Positions 28,055 to 41,801 are shown, counted from the first letter of the stretch. The stretch is DNA of 64,000 bases from Octopus vulgaris (GCA_951406725.2 OX597819.1:88412001-88476000); one strand, 5' to 3'. Translations and numbers: made by a program. The notes: a model not told the origin generated them from the letters alone.

Positions 28055-28880
28055 TGTATATACTTCCTGACCTTCTCTTCATGCTCACTTTACCTCCTCT
28101 TTCACTTCACCGTGTCCCTTTCATTTTTTCTCGTCCCTCCTTAATTATCTGTGTCTAGCTCTGCTAGAATGGACAGGATACAAACAGGGGACAGTCATTA
28201 GTCAGAATATTGATGACGTCCTTTTCTGCTTGAATAGTCACCTAACAAGTACAGACAGGGGGCAGATCTAATGTAGCTATAAGTCGTGATTGGGCAGAAT
28301 CTGGATGACATCCCGCTATGCTTGACTAACGAAGCGACTGGTCAAGACAGGAAACAAACAAGAGGGAGTTATAATGCAGCGATTGGTCAAAATAATGATG
28401 ACGTCCCGTTCCACTTGATTAAAGCCACCTAACGAAACGATTGGTCAAAACATTGATGACGTCACGCTACGCTAGATTGACCACCTAACAGGCATTATAA
28501 AACCAAGCATTTCACAAAAAATCACTAGAACCACCCAGCGAACTTCCACCATGGGTCATCACAATTGCTTAAGGTAAAAATGAATTCCTCGCTCTTTCGG
28601 AAACATCAATCTTCTGTATTGACCGCTTTCCACCACTTTGATCTGTTTTTAGTATTGAATACGTATCGCCACCGTGGGCCACTACATCGAACACTTTGAA
28701 CATATACTTCAAACTATATATCAACTATACATGAACTATATATCAACTATACATGAACTCTAAGATGTCTGACTCCGTTGTGTATTATAAATGAATTTCT
28801 TGTGTTTGACGGCATGAGCTGTCTCTTTTTATATATAACTTTTTTTGATAAGGTTCATTTCAGGAACTGAAACATGTTAT
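28055..28880 (+). mobile_element. LTR- or pLTR-like solo element with promoter array
   Basis: Four diverged ATTGG...GATGACGTC units, TATAAAA at 28496, 21-bp tandem duplication near 28712-28758, and a degenerate hammerhead-like end; no target-site duplication found. Confidence 0.5.
28196..28502 (+). promoter_or_regulatory. Reiterated inverted-CCAAT plus CRE-like (TGACGTC) units followed by a TATA box
   Basis: gattggtcaaaa(n5)gatgacgtc at ~28381 and ~28439, diverged copies at ~28196 and ~28288. Confidence 0.55.
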
Positions 28881-28940
28881 AATGTATATATAAAAATTAA
28901 AAATTGTATAATACAGCAGGATTTTCGAACTTCATTTTTT

Positions 28941-29007
<67 letters not shown>

Positions 29008-29060
29008 TATATGTATAAATACATATACATACATACATACATACATGCATATATATATAT

Positions 29061-29216
29061 GAGTTCAAATTCCCCCGAGGTCGACTTTGCCTTTCATCCT
29101 CTTGGGGTCGATAAATAAAGTACCAGTTTCGCACTGGGTCGATGTAATTGACTTAATCCCTTTGTCTGTCCTTGTTTGTCCACTCTATATTTAGCCCCTT
29201 GTGGGTAGTAAAGAAA
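29061..29216 (+). mobile_element. SINE family B, 5'-truncated
   Basis: gagttcaaattcc..gaggtcgactttgcctttcatcc...gtagtaaagaaata. Confidence 0.85.
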
Positions 29217-29244
29217 TATATACATATATATATAGATATATATC

Positions 29245-29309
<65 letters not shown>

Positions 29310-29947
29310 TGTGTGTGTGTGTGTTGTGTGTGTGTTGTGTTTAGGTGTGCGTGTTCTGCATCACGTCTTTGTTCAGCTGGCCATTCGTTCTACTCATCGG
29401 TTCAGAAAGATATTCTTTTCGCTCTGTTGGTGTGTACAGTTGAGCGAATGACCAATTAAATGAAACCCTGTTTATTTCGCACATAAATAACCAAGTTTCA
29501 AACCCTACCCACTTCCCAGGCAAAATAAGCAAAAACCACAAGCGCGCACGCACGCTCGCACACACACACACACACACACACATACCCCTACACACACAAA
29601 CACACGCACATTCACACACGCGCACACACACACTCACGCGCACGCACATATAGCAATTAAAAACCCTTAAAACCCTTCAGAATATAAAAAGTCGAAGGCT
29701 GCAAGTTGGACTCGAAACTTTAAGCCGGTATTTACATGCTATCATTTACAGCTTTATCTACTTCGAGTTCTACATTTAACAACGAATAGTCTCAGGTTCT
29801 TTGGAAAGTTTCTAAATTCTTATAACGTAATGTATATTGCATGTGTGTATATACATACATACATACATACATACATACATACATACATACATACATACTT
29901 ACATACATATCTATATATATACATATATATATATATATACATACATC

Positions 29948-30039
<92 letters not shown>

Positions 30040-30044
<5 letters not shown>

Positions 30045-30251
30045 AATGTGACCGCGTGTGTACCGTTGGCGATTTTTTTTCCTCTGGCTTCCCTTCTCTG
30101 GATCTTTCCTTCTCCTATGTTTCCGACGAAGAGCTCCGCTCGAAACGTTGAGCCCTCCTTCTTTCCTTCTTTCCTGAGCGTCCAATAATACTATATTTGT
30201 TCCACGTCCTCGCGTTGTTGTGTTTTTTTTGTGCTTTCATGTTTGGATTAA

Positions 30252-30253
<2 letters not shown>
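30040..30253 (+). mobile_element. Family P element (copy 3) with hammerhead-like motif 30119-30153
   Basis: GTTT-CCGACGA-AGAG-ctccg-CTC-GAAA-CG-TT-GAGC; (TA)n on both sides. Confidence 0.8.
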
Positions 30254-30315
<62 letters not shown>

Positions 30316-30318
<3 letters not shown>

Positions 30319-30787
30319 ATAGAGGACATCATTAACTGTAAACAACATGAAGTACAAAGACAAACGAGTTAAATACGCAAACGAGAGAAAAAGATGGAAA
30401 ATAAGACAAGTAACACAAAGAACGACCCTTCAGTTGTCGGCTATCTATCTACTCCTCATTTTGAGCATTCAACGACAATATGAGTCTTCGAAGATGCCCC
30501 CTAAATACCAAAATACAAGGAATGTATGTCTCCACTGTCCTGTTTTTTCCCAACTTTGACCTTCCATAAATCCAAAATATTATTTTGGTATTTATGGGAG
30601 CAACTGTCTTCGAAGACTCATATTTTGAATGCTTGAAATGGGGAGTAGATAGACAGCCGACAACTGATGAAGGAGCGTTCTTTGTGTTATTTATCCTGTT
30701 TTCTATTTTTTTCTCTCGATGCTTACGTATTTCACTCGTTTGTTTTCGTACTTCATGTTGTTTACAGTTGGGTGACGTCCTGTACCC

Positions 30788-30788
<1 letters not shown>
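30316..30788. repeat. Diverged fold-back element, ~200-bp arms, ~70-nt spacer, in (TA)n
   Basis: aactgtaaacaacatgaagtac...gagtcttcgaaga / tcttcgaagactc...gtacttcatgttgtttacagtt. Confidence 0.85.
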
Positions 30789-30839
<51 letters not shown>

Positions 30840-31004
30840 AGATAGGGGTTGAAAATTCAACCCACCATGGGATAATATATATCCAATATACTGCTAGATA
30901 GGTACCCAACAAAAATTAATACATAGATGTTAGAAATTGTCAAGCAATCAGTTCATCTATTGTATTAAATGGGTAAGGGTAATAATATTACCGTAAATTA
31001 ATAC

Positions 31005-31666
31005 TACAAAATTAGAGAATGGAGAAACATACTTAAATCAATAAAGCATCAACTATCCGATGATACTCAATCCATACTTTAATACACCATTACATAGGAG
31101 TAAAGGCAATATATAAAATGAAATGAGATATACAGTAATAGTAAAAGTAAAAGTAAAAGTAAAAAGATAAAGAGATATAAGTAAAAAATTACAAATACAA
31201 TATGCAAATAAATCAAAACTGACAGCTGTTTCGGCAGTGAGGACAGTCATACCTCATTTAACCTATAAGCCATAAAGGCAGGTATAAATGAGGCATTAAC
31301 AAAGATGCCCACGGCCTCTTCAGAGAATTAAATTAAATTTGTTATAATAGTGAAAAATATTATATAATCATATACATATAAATATAAAAATATAAAAAAG
31401 TAAAATATAAAAACTTATACATCATAATGCTACACTTGTATAATATAATACATATTTGTACAAAAAGGAAGGTAACCAGAACAAAATAAAACAAAATATA
31501 TAACAGTGTATATATAATATTAATAAGTACCGATATCATACATATTTAGCTAATAGTTTTTTTTATAAAAAAAGGGCTAACACATATGGAGATGAAAAAT
31601 AATAATAATTAAATCCGTGGTACAGTTCATAAAATTCTAAAGCTATAAAAGTTAATAAAAATTACT

Positions 31667-31703
<37 letters not shown>

Positions 31704-31967
31704 GTAATAATAATAAAAAATAATAAAAATAGATACAGTTAAGTTATCACCAAGTCCATCCTTCCAAGATCGAAATAACTATGAGTTAAGAAATGCTGAC
31801 CACTAGGTAAAGAAAATTTAGATTAATTCGATTGGCCAATCGAATTAATCTAAATTTTCTTTACCTAGTGGTCAGCATTTCTTAACTCATAGTTATTTCG
31901 ATCTTGGAAGGATGGACTTGGTGATAACTTAACTGTATCTATTTTTATTATTTTTTATTATTATTAC

Positions 31968-32004
<37 letters not shown>

Positions 32005-32634
32005 AGTAATTTTTATTAACTTTTATAGCTTTAGAATTTTATGAACTGTACCACGGATTTAATTATTATTATTTTTCATCTCCATATGTGTTAGCCCCTT
32101 TTTTTATAAAAAAACTATTAGCTAAATATGTATGATATCGGTACTTATTAATATTATATATACACTGTTATATATTTTGTTTTATTTTGTTCTGGTTACC
32201 TTCCTTTTTGTACAAATATGTATTATATTATACAAGTGTAGCATTATGATGTATAAGTTTTTATATTTTACTTTTTTATATTTTTATATTTATATGTATA
32301 TGATTATATAATATTTTTCACTATTATAACAAATTTAATTTAATTCTCTGAAGAGCCGTATCTTTTTAATGCCTCATTTATACCTATTTATGGCTTATAG
32401 GTAAATAGTATGACTGTCCTCACTATGTCAGTTTTGATTTATTTGCATATTGTATTTGTAATTTTTTACTTATATCTCTTTATCTTTACTTTTACTTTAC
32501 TTTTACTATTACTGTATATCTCATTTCATTTATATATTGCTTTACTCCTATGTAATGGTGTATTAAAGTATGGATTGATATCATCGGATAGTTATGCTTT
32601 ATTGATTTAAGTATGTTTCTCCATTCTCTAATTT

Positions 32635-32638
<4 letters not shown>
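31005..32638. repeat. Spacerless 1.63-kb palindrome centred at 31835/31836
   Basis: ...gattaattcgattgg|ccaatcgaattaatc...; inner ~515 bp near-perfect, outer right arm carries small deletions. Confidence 0.95.
31219..31325 (-). ncRNA. Minimal type I hammerhead ribozyme in the left palindrome arm
   Basis: CT-CTGAAGA-GGC...GCC-GAAA-CAGCTG-TC-AG; palindromic helix III ACAGCTGT; helix I is short. Confidence 0.72.
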
Positions 32639-32696
<58 letters not shown>

Positions 32697-32698
<2 letters not shown>

Positions 32699-33079
32699 CT
32701 CTTTACTCTTTTACTTTTTCAGTCATTTGACTGCGGCCATGCTGGAGCACCGCCTTTTAGTCGAGCAAATCGACCCCTAGTACTTATTCTATCGGTCTCT
32801 TTTGCCGAACCGCTAAGTAACGAGGACGTAAACATACCAGCATCGGTTGTAAAGCGATGTTGGAGGGACAAACACAAACACACAAACACACACACATACA
32901 CATATATATACATATATATATACGACAGGCTTCTTTCAGTTTCCGTCTACCAAATCCACTCACAAGGCTTTGGTCGGCCCGAGGCTATAGTAGACGACAC
33001 CTTCCCAAGGTGCCACGCAGTGGGACTGAACCCGGAACCGTGTGGTTGGTAAGCAAGCTACTTACCACACAGCCACCCC
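32697..33079 (-). mobile_element. SINE family A, near full length
   Basis: Reverse complement of family A with a ~22-bp internal deletion. Confidence 0.9.
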
Positions 33080-33245
33080 TATATATTATTTATATTAGTA
33101 TGTAATTAAACACCACGCATCCATTTCCAAGTATGTGTGTGTGTGTGTGGATGGAGTATGTATATGTCTGTATACACACATGTGTATGTGCGTATGTATG
33201 CTTGTATATGTACGCATGTATGTATGTTGGATGGAGCGAGCGAGC

Positions 33246-33335
<90 letters not shown>

Positions 33336-34181
33336 GACGCTGGAGTATGGATGGAGTAGGAATGGACTGAAGAATATATACATATATATAAACGAACATA
33401 TATATATAAGCCCAACAGAAATTATATAGATTTATCGTCCAACCGAAGATCGAAACTAGGTTGTGGAACCGTCTTGTCTAGGAAAGGGATCGCTTCGTTC
33501 ACAGCTATCGTAGCATTATGATTAGAATTGTAAACCGGTTTTGTACATTTTGTTCTGTCTCTTTCATTTTCTCATTCTGCCTTTCTTCCTCCCTTCTTCA
33601 TTCCCCTCACTCTCCCTTCTGTTTTCAGCCCTTCATTCTTATAATCTTCCACCTCCCATTTCTCTCTCTGTCTCTCTCCATTTTATATAATACTCAAACC
33701 CTGTATTTTTTAATGATTGAACAATATTCTTTAGATAGAGGACTCATAAAAAAAAATGCTTCACACAACCTCTATCCCTAATCACTAACCCGCAGCTTTT
33801 CTTCAGCAGCTGTAATTGAAACAAAAAAGAGAAGAAAAAAAAGTTTCCTACACATTGTAGAATATTAACGAAAAAACACAAAAAAAAAACAAACGAGCCT
33901 AAAATAAATTCAACGGAATCAAATCTAGATGTATTTATTGAACGCATAAAATAACAGCAGAGTATTAAATTCTTTTGACACAATTCTCTTTGAATCCCAT
34001 ACGAGATAATGACATCTTTCCCCTATCGAAATATGCTTCTGTCGTGAAAGAAAGATATCTCTGTCACAAAATGGAGGTTCAAAAACAAAAATGGCGGGGT
34101 AGAGGTTACATCGATAGAAATAAAATAAAAATATTTTTCTGCGGATGTAGTAGCTGCCTTTGTTTGAGTGCCTATATGTCA

Positions 34182-34219
<38 letters not shown>

Positions 34220-34380
34220 AGTATATATATATATACATACCTAATATAATATAAATATATATATAAGCATATGTATATGGGTATATATATATATATGTAT
34301 ATATATAATATAAGTATATATATATATATGTGTGTGTGTGTGTATAAATATATATATATAATATAAATATATATCTATGT

Positions 34381-34424
<44 letters not shown>

Positions 34425-34496
34425 GATATATATATGCAGATATATATATGTATGTATATATAATATAAATATAAATGTATGTATATATATATATAT

Positions 34497-34564
<68 letters not shown>

Positions 34565-34566
34565 AA

Positions 34567-34616
<50 letters not shown>

Positions 34617-34683
34617 GTGTGTGTGTGAGTCTATATGTATATGTATGTATATATGTGTGTATATGTGTGTGCGTGTATGTATG

Positions 34684-34890
34684 GTCATTTCAAAATGTAA
34701 CCACATATGGATCGTAAGCGATCTTTTCCTCCGTCTCCTGTTTCTGACGAAGAGTTTTGCTCGAAACGTAAAGCTACCTTTCTTTCCTTCCCTGAGCGTC
34801 TATTAATACTTTGCATGTACCACGTCCTCGCGTTGTTGTTTTTATTCTGTTGTGTTTGTTCTTCGATTGCTTTTTGTTTTTTTATTAACT
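34684..34890 (+). mobile_element. Family P element (copy 4) with intact hammerhead core 34740-34774
   Basis: GTTT-CTGACGA-AGAG-ttttg-CTC-GAAA-CG-TA-AAGC. Confidence 0.75.
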
Positions 34891-34983
34891 ATGTATATAT
34901 TATTAATTATATATATATATATTAACTATGTATATATATATATATATATATATATAGTTCTATATTTAAGAGATGAGGAATTA

Positions 34984-35041
34984 TGGCGTAGTGGTTAAGA
35001 GCTCGGGCTACTAACCCCAAAATTCCGAGTTCGATTCCAAG

Positions 35042-35106
<65 letters not shown>

Positions 35107-35276
35107 TAACAATGATAATAACAATAACAATGATAATAACAATAACAATGATAATAACAATAACAATGATAATAACAATAACAATGATAATAACAATAAC
35201 AATGATAATAACAATAACAATGATGAGGATGAGGATGAGGATGATGATGAGGATGAGGATGAGGATGATGATGATG

Positions 35277-35333
<57 letters not shown>

Positions 35334-35465
35334 TTAAAAAATACCTTAGGAATGAGAACCCAGGTTCGAAATTTCCCCAAGACACCTGATGAAGGCTGAA
35401 GGGTATATCAGCCGAAATGTTATGTTAACAACAAACAAGATGAGAACAAATATCCGTTAAAAAAT
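34984..35465 (+). mobile_element. tRNA-headed short element with (AAT)n-rich body and 3' hammerhead
   Basis: A-box TGGCGTAGTGG, B-box GTTCGATTCC, trinucleotide tract, then the hammerhead at 35381-35426. Confidence 0.65.
35381..35426 (+). ncRNA. Minimal hammerhead motif
   Basis: GACAC-CTGATGA-A-GGCTGA-agggtata-TCAGCC-GAAA-TG-TT-ATGTT; 6-bp helix II; helices I and III each appear to carry one substitution. Confidence 0.7.
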
Positions 35466-35479
35466 AAGGTGAACATCAA

Positions 35480-37317
35480 AATCAAATAATCATTGAGTAT
35501 TTTAGCGATTAGATTCAAGTAAAATATTGTGGACAACTGTATTTATAAAATTGTCCTTTTAAAAAAAGTAATAAGATATAACTATTGATTTATTATAATC
35601 ACTTAAAATTGATGCAAATTATGTGTCACACTCTTCAAAAAATCAGTTGACCCATATTCAGTGACCAATCCTTTGAGGCATTGAGTTATTCTTCGATATC
35701 GTGTACATGAATTTGACGAATCTCCTCGAAGAATTTGAGTAATTTTACCTTGAAGGAACTCTTCCTCTTCCTTCAGAATTTTGATTAATTTTCAAATATT
35801 CAAATGTGTTCCGCCCGCCGAATGCTTTATCGCAGAATGAAACCCATCCGTAGCATAATTTGTTCTGGGAATATCTTGAAGATTACCCTGATTAACATTC
35901 CATACAGCTATCGGAAATGTAGGTGGTTCTCTCCTTCGTCTAACACTACATCCTCTCACAACGCCTGTGTAAGTCAAGTCGAAGTAAGCGATGAATTCAG
36001 CAGTTATTTCTACATCCTCTATTAATTCTTCATATACCTCTTCGACATCTGCAACGCGTAGGAAGGCTAATGCTGAAAAACATCGAATTTTAGGACAGAA
36101 TTCAGAATCTTTATTGCATATTTTTTTTTTTCGAGGCATAAATCTGTAATTTTTCGAAATACTGATTGGCTCAAATGAAACAAACACGCCATGATAGATG
36201 AATTAGGGTATGATGAATTAAATGCCTTATGAACTGCACCTTCGAAACTTGCCATGAGATCAAGTGGATATGCATTAGGTTGCATAATTTTTAATTGCTC
36301 GAAAAATACTTCGTTTGTCAGCTTTGTTTTATTCAGTAGAAATGCAAGGACAGGTGGAAAACTGCTACCTTTAACTTGTGCATGAAACCGTTGTTCTGGT
36401 ACGATTTTGAACGTTCCATCACTAACCCAATGACGATTTGATGTTATATCCTGAAGAGCACTTTCTGATGCAAATGCTAATATGCGCTGTTGCTCCTTGA
36501 TACCCGCATCGTATCTCTGAAACTGTTTGCCATTATCAAGTTTACAATATTCTTCAGGTATTTCAAAACCAGTTCTAGCCCCTGGACTAGCAGGAAATCC
36601 AGAATTTTTATGTCAGCATCGTTGAATAGTCATTGAAAGTACAGGCAAACGAGGAAGTTGAGAGCAAGTATTTTCTGTTAGTTGTGTAAACTTAGCCGCT
36701 ATTATTCTACGCGAACTTGCTGCTATGTTTTCTGCCGCTTCATGCTTTATTTCTGCAACTGCTTTTCTATATCAGCTGGATGAAGGTGCTCACTGGAAAA
36801 ATAAATAATTTTCGGTTCATTGTTTTCCGTTATCGTGTGCATTTGCACTGAAGACAGCCCTTTTCTTCTCACATCTCCAGTATTCTTTTCCTAGTTTTGT
36901 ATCGCTTGAATGAAAATCGTTGATGTAATTACTTTCATCAACTACTTTTCTTTTGTTTTTGGTCGATACTATGAACTTTGTTATTTCTGGATTGGTAAAT
37001 TAAAAATGTGTACACTAAATTTGCAGCACTCTCTATACACAGCACCAAACTTAAGAGAGAGAAGAAAAAAGAGAAAGTAAAACTTAACAGATAAGGAAAA
37101 AGAACGATAACAAAAATCTTATAACGAAGCTCGTTATAATTCGGTAAATGTTTCATTAGAGCTATTTCACCTTGTTTTCTAAAGAGTTTATTTAAAATTG
37201 GGCAAAAAGTCGTTGGACAAATAAAAAATCATGGGACAAAAAGACGTCGAACGAAAAGACGTGGACGAAATGACGTTTGATGAAGAGACGTGATGTCGGT
37301 CGAAAAGACATAGCACC
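35480..37317 (-). mobile_element. Mutator-like (MULE) transposon, decayed
   Basis: YWRCEK, WVSDGTFKIVP, MACLFHLSQSVFRKI, FSALAFL, WNV...PRTN motifs; terminus GGTGCTATGTCTTTTCG with reiterated cgaaaagacg subterminal units. Confidence 0.85.
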
Positions 37318-37396
37318 GCTGTTTCTACTATAGCCTCGGACCGACCCCAAAGCCTTATGAGTGGATTTGGTAGTTGGAAACTGAAAAAGCCTGTCA

Positions 37397-37620
<224 letters not shown>

Positions 37621-37639
37621 CATACATATATATATATAT

Positions 37640-38036
37640 CATCATCATCATCATCATCATCCTCCTCATCATCGTTTAACGTCCGTTCTCCATGCTAGCA
37701 TGGGTTGGACGGTTCGACCGGGGATCTGGGAAGCCAGAAGGCTGCACCAGGCTCCGGTCTTATCTGGCAATGTTTCTACAGCTGGATGCCCTTCCTAACG
37801 TCAACCACTCCGTGAGTGTAGTGGGTGCTTTTTACGTGCCACCTGCACTGGTGCCAGGCGAGGCTGGCATCGGCCACGGTCGGATTGGTGCATTTTACGT
37901 GCCACCTGCACGGAAGCCAGTCGAGGTGGCACTGGCTTCGGCCACGATTCGGATGGTGCTTTTTACGTGCCACCGACACGGAAGCCAGTCGAGGCGGCGC
38001 TGGCATCGGCCACGATTCGGATAGTGCTTTTTACGT
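37640..38036 (-). mobile_element. Short retroposon family C
   Basis: Reverse complement of 910-1407 with a different subrepeat number. Confidence 0.85.
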
Positions 38037-38384
38037 ATAGATATATATATATATAGATAGATAGATAGATAGATACATACATACATACATACATACATAC
38101 ATACATACATACATACATACATACATACATACATACATACATGTATGTGTGTATTGTGTGTTTGTGCGAGTGTGTGTACGTGTGTGTGTGTGTGTCTGTC
38201 TGAGTCTGTTATACCCCCACCACTTGTCCCCGTAACTTAGCCGTTCGGCAAAAGGGACCGATAGAATAACTGCCAAAAAATAAATTCTGGGGTCGTTTTA
38301 TTCGACAAAAAACAAAAAAAATCTTCAAGGTGGTGTCCCAGTATAGATGTAGCCTAATGATTGGACCAAGTAGAAGATAAAAGA

Positions 38385-38416
<32 letters not shown>

Positions 38417-38427
38417 TGCACGCACAC

Positions 38428-38468
<41 letters not shown>

Positions 38469-38473
<5 letters not shown>

Positions 38474-38793
38474 AGCACTCCGTCGGTTACGACGACGTAG
38501 GTCCCAGCTGATACGATCAACGGAACATCTTGCTCGTGAAGTTAACGTGCAAGTGGCTGAGCACTCCACAGACACGTGTACCCATAACGTAGTTCTCAGG
38601 GAGATTCAGCGTGAGACACAGGGTGACATGGCTGGCCCTTTGAAATACAGATACTAATTTTTGCTGGCTGAGTGTACTGGAGCAACGTGAAATAAAGTGT
38701 CTTGCTCAAGGACACAGCGTATCGCCGGGAATTGAACTCACGACCTTACGATCGTAAGCCAAATGCCCTAACCGCTAAACCATGGGCCTTCAC
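38469..38793 (-). mobile_element. tRNA-derived SINE family D
   Basis: Head gtgaaggcccatggtttagcggttagg...gagttcaattccc and core gtgtccttgagcaagacactttatttcacgttgctccag. Confidence 0.8.
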
Positions 38794-38832
38794 ACACACA
38801 CACACACATACACACATACACACACATATCCA

Positions 38833-39035
38833 CTTATTCTTTTATTTGATTCAGTCATTTGACTGCGGCCATGTTGGAGCACCGACTTTAGTCGAACAAA
38901 TCGACCCCAGGACCTATTCTTTGTAAGCCTAGTATTTATTCTATCGGTCTGTTTTGCGGAACCGCTAAGTTACGGTAGCGTAAATACACCAATATCGGTT
39001 GTCAAGCGATGATGGGGGAGAAAAACAGACATACA
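38833..39035 (-). mobile_element. SINE family A, 3' half
   Basis: cagtcatttgactgcggccatg...cggttgtcaagcgatg. Confidence 0.85.
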
Positions 39036-39611
39036 AACACACACACACACACATATACACCAGAGTAAGCCCATAAATGTGTGTCACATACATACATACA
39101 TACATACATACATACATACATACATACATACATACATACATACATACACGCACACATACATACATACATGCATGCATGCATACATACATACATACACGCA
39201 CACATACATACATACACACATACATACATACATACATACTTACATACATACATACATACATACATGCATGCATGCATACATACATACATACATGCATATA
39301 TATATACATACATACATACATACATACATACATACATACATACACACATATATACATACATACATACATACATATCGGTTTCTGTTCAGTAAAATCATCA
39401 CACGTGTGATTTAGCTATGGTCACTGTTGTGGGAGAAGGGTACGTAACTGTTGTAAAGAAGTTGTCGGTTAATAATTGCTCCAATCACATTGCAGATGTC
39501 GGAGATAATAAGGCCAACAGGAAAGGAAAAGGCGTCATAAAAGTTATCCCTCTGCGATGCATGGGTTATGAAGTGACATGTTGGGTAGATGCCCAGAGAG
39601 GACGAGGAGGA

Positions 39612-40000
39612 GATGATGATGATGATGATGATGATGAAAGAAGAAGAAGAAGAAGAAGAAGAAGAAGAAGAAGAAGAAGAAGAAGAAGAAGAAGAAGAAG
39701 AAGAAGAAGAAGAAGAAGAAGAAGAAGAAGAAGAAGGAAAAGAAGAAAGAAACGAGGGAAAAGAAGAAGGAAACGAAGAAGGAAACGAAGAAAGAAAAGA
39801 AGAAGAAGAAGGAGAAGAAGAAGAAGAAGAAGAAGAAGAAGAAGAAGAAGAAGAAGAAGAAGAAGGAGAAGAAGAAGAAGAAGAAGAAGAAGAAGAAGAA
39901 GAAGAAGAAGAAGGAGAAGAAGAAGAAGAAGAAGAAGAAGAAGGAAAAGAAGAAGAAGAAGAAGGAAAAGAAGAAGGAAAGGAGGAGGAGGAGGAGGAGG
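39612..40000. repeat. (GAT)n/(GAA)n polypurine tract
   Basis: Directly visible. Confidence 0.95.
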
Positions 40001-40383
40001 GGGGAGAGGTGTGAACCAAAAAGAAAAAGAAAACATGACTGGAGTTAATCCAGATGCGTTAAATAGTTTTTACAAAATGTTGTTGGGTGAGGTTGAGGAT
40101 GTTGAGGAGAAAAATGTGAATTTGTTGATTGTTTCTCGTATGTGTGAATGAATGATTGCGCACGAACGACTAGGATTTGTGTGTGTGTGTGTGTGTTTGT
40201 GTGTGCGTGTGTGGTTGTGTGCGTGTGTGTGTGTGTGTGAGTGTGTGTGTGTGTTTGTGTGTAATTGTTTCTGTGCAAGTTTATGAGTGAAAGGGAGTGA
40301 TGATGATGAGTGAGTAGGAAATGCTCGCGAGCGGCGCATGAGATTTCAGTTTGGGCCTGTTACTGAGAGTGGAGAAACATGTA

Positions 40384-40447
<64 letters not shown>

Positions 40448-40837
40448 TGTGTGTGTATGTGTGTGTGTATGTGTGTGTGTCAGTGCAAGAGTATCCATAT
40501 GCGCATGTGTTCTGTTGAATGTATCAATATATATATATGTGTGTGTGTTTGTGTGTGTATGTGTGTGTTTGTGTGTGTGTTTGTGTGTGTATGTGTGTGT
40601 GTTTGTGTGTGTGTTTGTGTGTGTGTGTGTTGTGTATAAATGTACTTATGTATATGTGAATGGACGCGTGTGCAAGTGTATGTGCGTATGTGTCTGCATG
40701 TGTGTGTGTGTGTGTGTGTGTGAGTGTGCGCGCGTACGTGTGTGTGCATGTGTGCGTACTTCTGTATGTGTGTGTGTGTGTGTATATGTGTATGCAAGTG
40801 TATCCATCTGTGCATATATCCATACGTGACTGTGTCA

Positions 40838-40876
<39 letters not shown>

Positions 40877-41718
40877 TTGTGAATTAATGGCCTTAAATAT
40901 ATGTGAATGGACGCGTGTACAACTGCATGTGCGTGTGTGTGTGTGTGTGATTGAAAGAAAGAGAAAGGGAGGGAGGGGAAAATTAGCAAAAGAAGGTTTG
41001 TCATAGATTTCTGCGGCAGAGGAAATTAAATGATAGGAACACAATGTCTAAAAGCAACTTGGACTAAGAAGAGGTTGTCAGGGAAGAGAAGTTGGAGGTA
41101 GAGCTGAAGCGGATATGCAGGTGGTGGTGGTGGTGGTCGTGGTAATGATGATGTTGTTGTTGTTGTTGACGGTGCCACCACCGCCTCCAACATCATCATT
41201 AGTGGAAGCAGGCGGCGGCGGCGGTGGCGGTGGAGCGGTAGTTTTGGCAGCTGGAGGTCTGCTGATAGAACTGTCAGGATTGAGTAGCCAGGGAAAGCAT
41301 GATTCAGTAAAGTTGGCTTAGATGCGCTTGGCCGAGGACCAGAATGCCACGGCTTGCAGTTAGTAAAAGGATGAGAGTTTGTTGGCTGTGTATTAAATGG
41401 GCGCATCCTTTACATCTTTCCAACAGATGTAGAATTTACAATACATCAAGTCTATAAATTGAAGAGAAAATCGACTAAGTGTGTTCTTACGAAGGAAACA
41501 GACTATATCCCCCGAGGAGAGTGAGGGCAATGAAAATATCCGTTCAAAGTTCACATTACTGATAACGTGAGTGCGACACTGGATAAAGAAGAAGAAGAAG
41601 AATACAAAAGAGCGGGGAGAGGGGGGAAAATAGAAATCGATAGACATATAAAATGGAAGCAATCAGAAGAAGGGGGAAGAAATGGGGAACAAAGAGATGG
41701 AGAAAGAGAGAAATGTGT

Positions 41719-41719
<1 letters not shown>

Positions 41720-41779
<60 letters not shown>

Positions 41780-41801
41780 AAAAGAAAGAAGGAAGGAAGG
41801 A

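Noticed and set aside
30625-30682. Type II (permuted) hammerhead GAAA...CTGATGA
   Set aside because: Helix II is plausible, but helices I and III cannot be formed.
34984-35045. Functional tRNA gene
   Set aside because: A and B boxes are present but there is no complete acceptor stem; treated as a SINE head. The same applies to the other SINE heads.
41026-41406. 126-aa ORF as a protein-coding gene
   Set aside because: Low-complexity trinucleotide content and no recognisable domain; more plausibly UTR.
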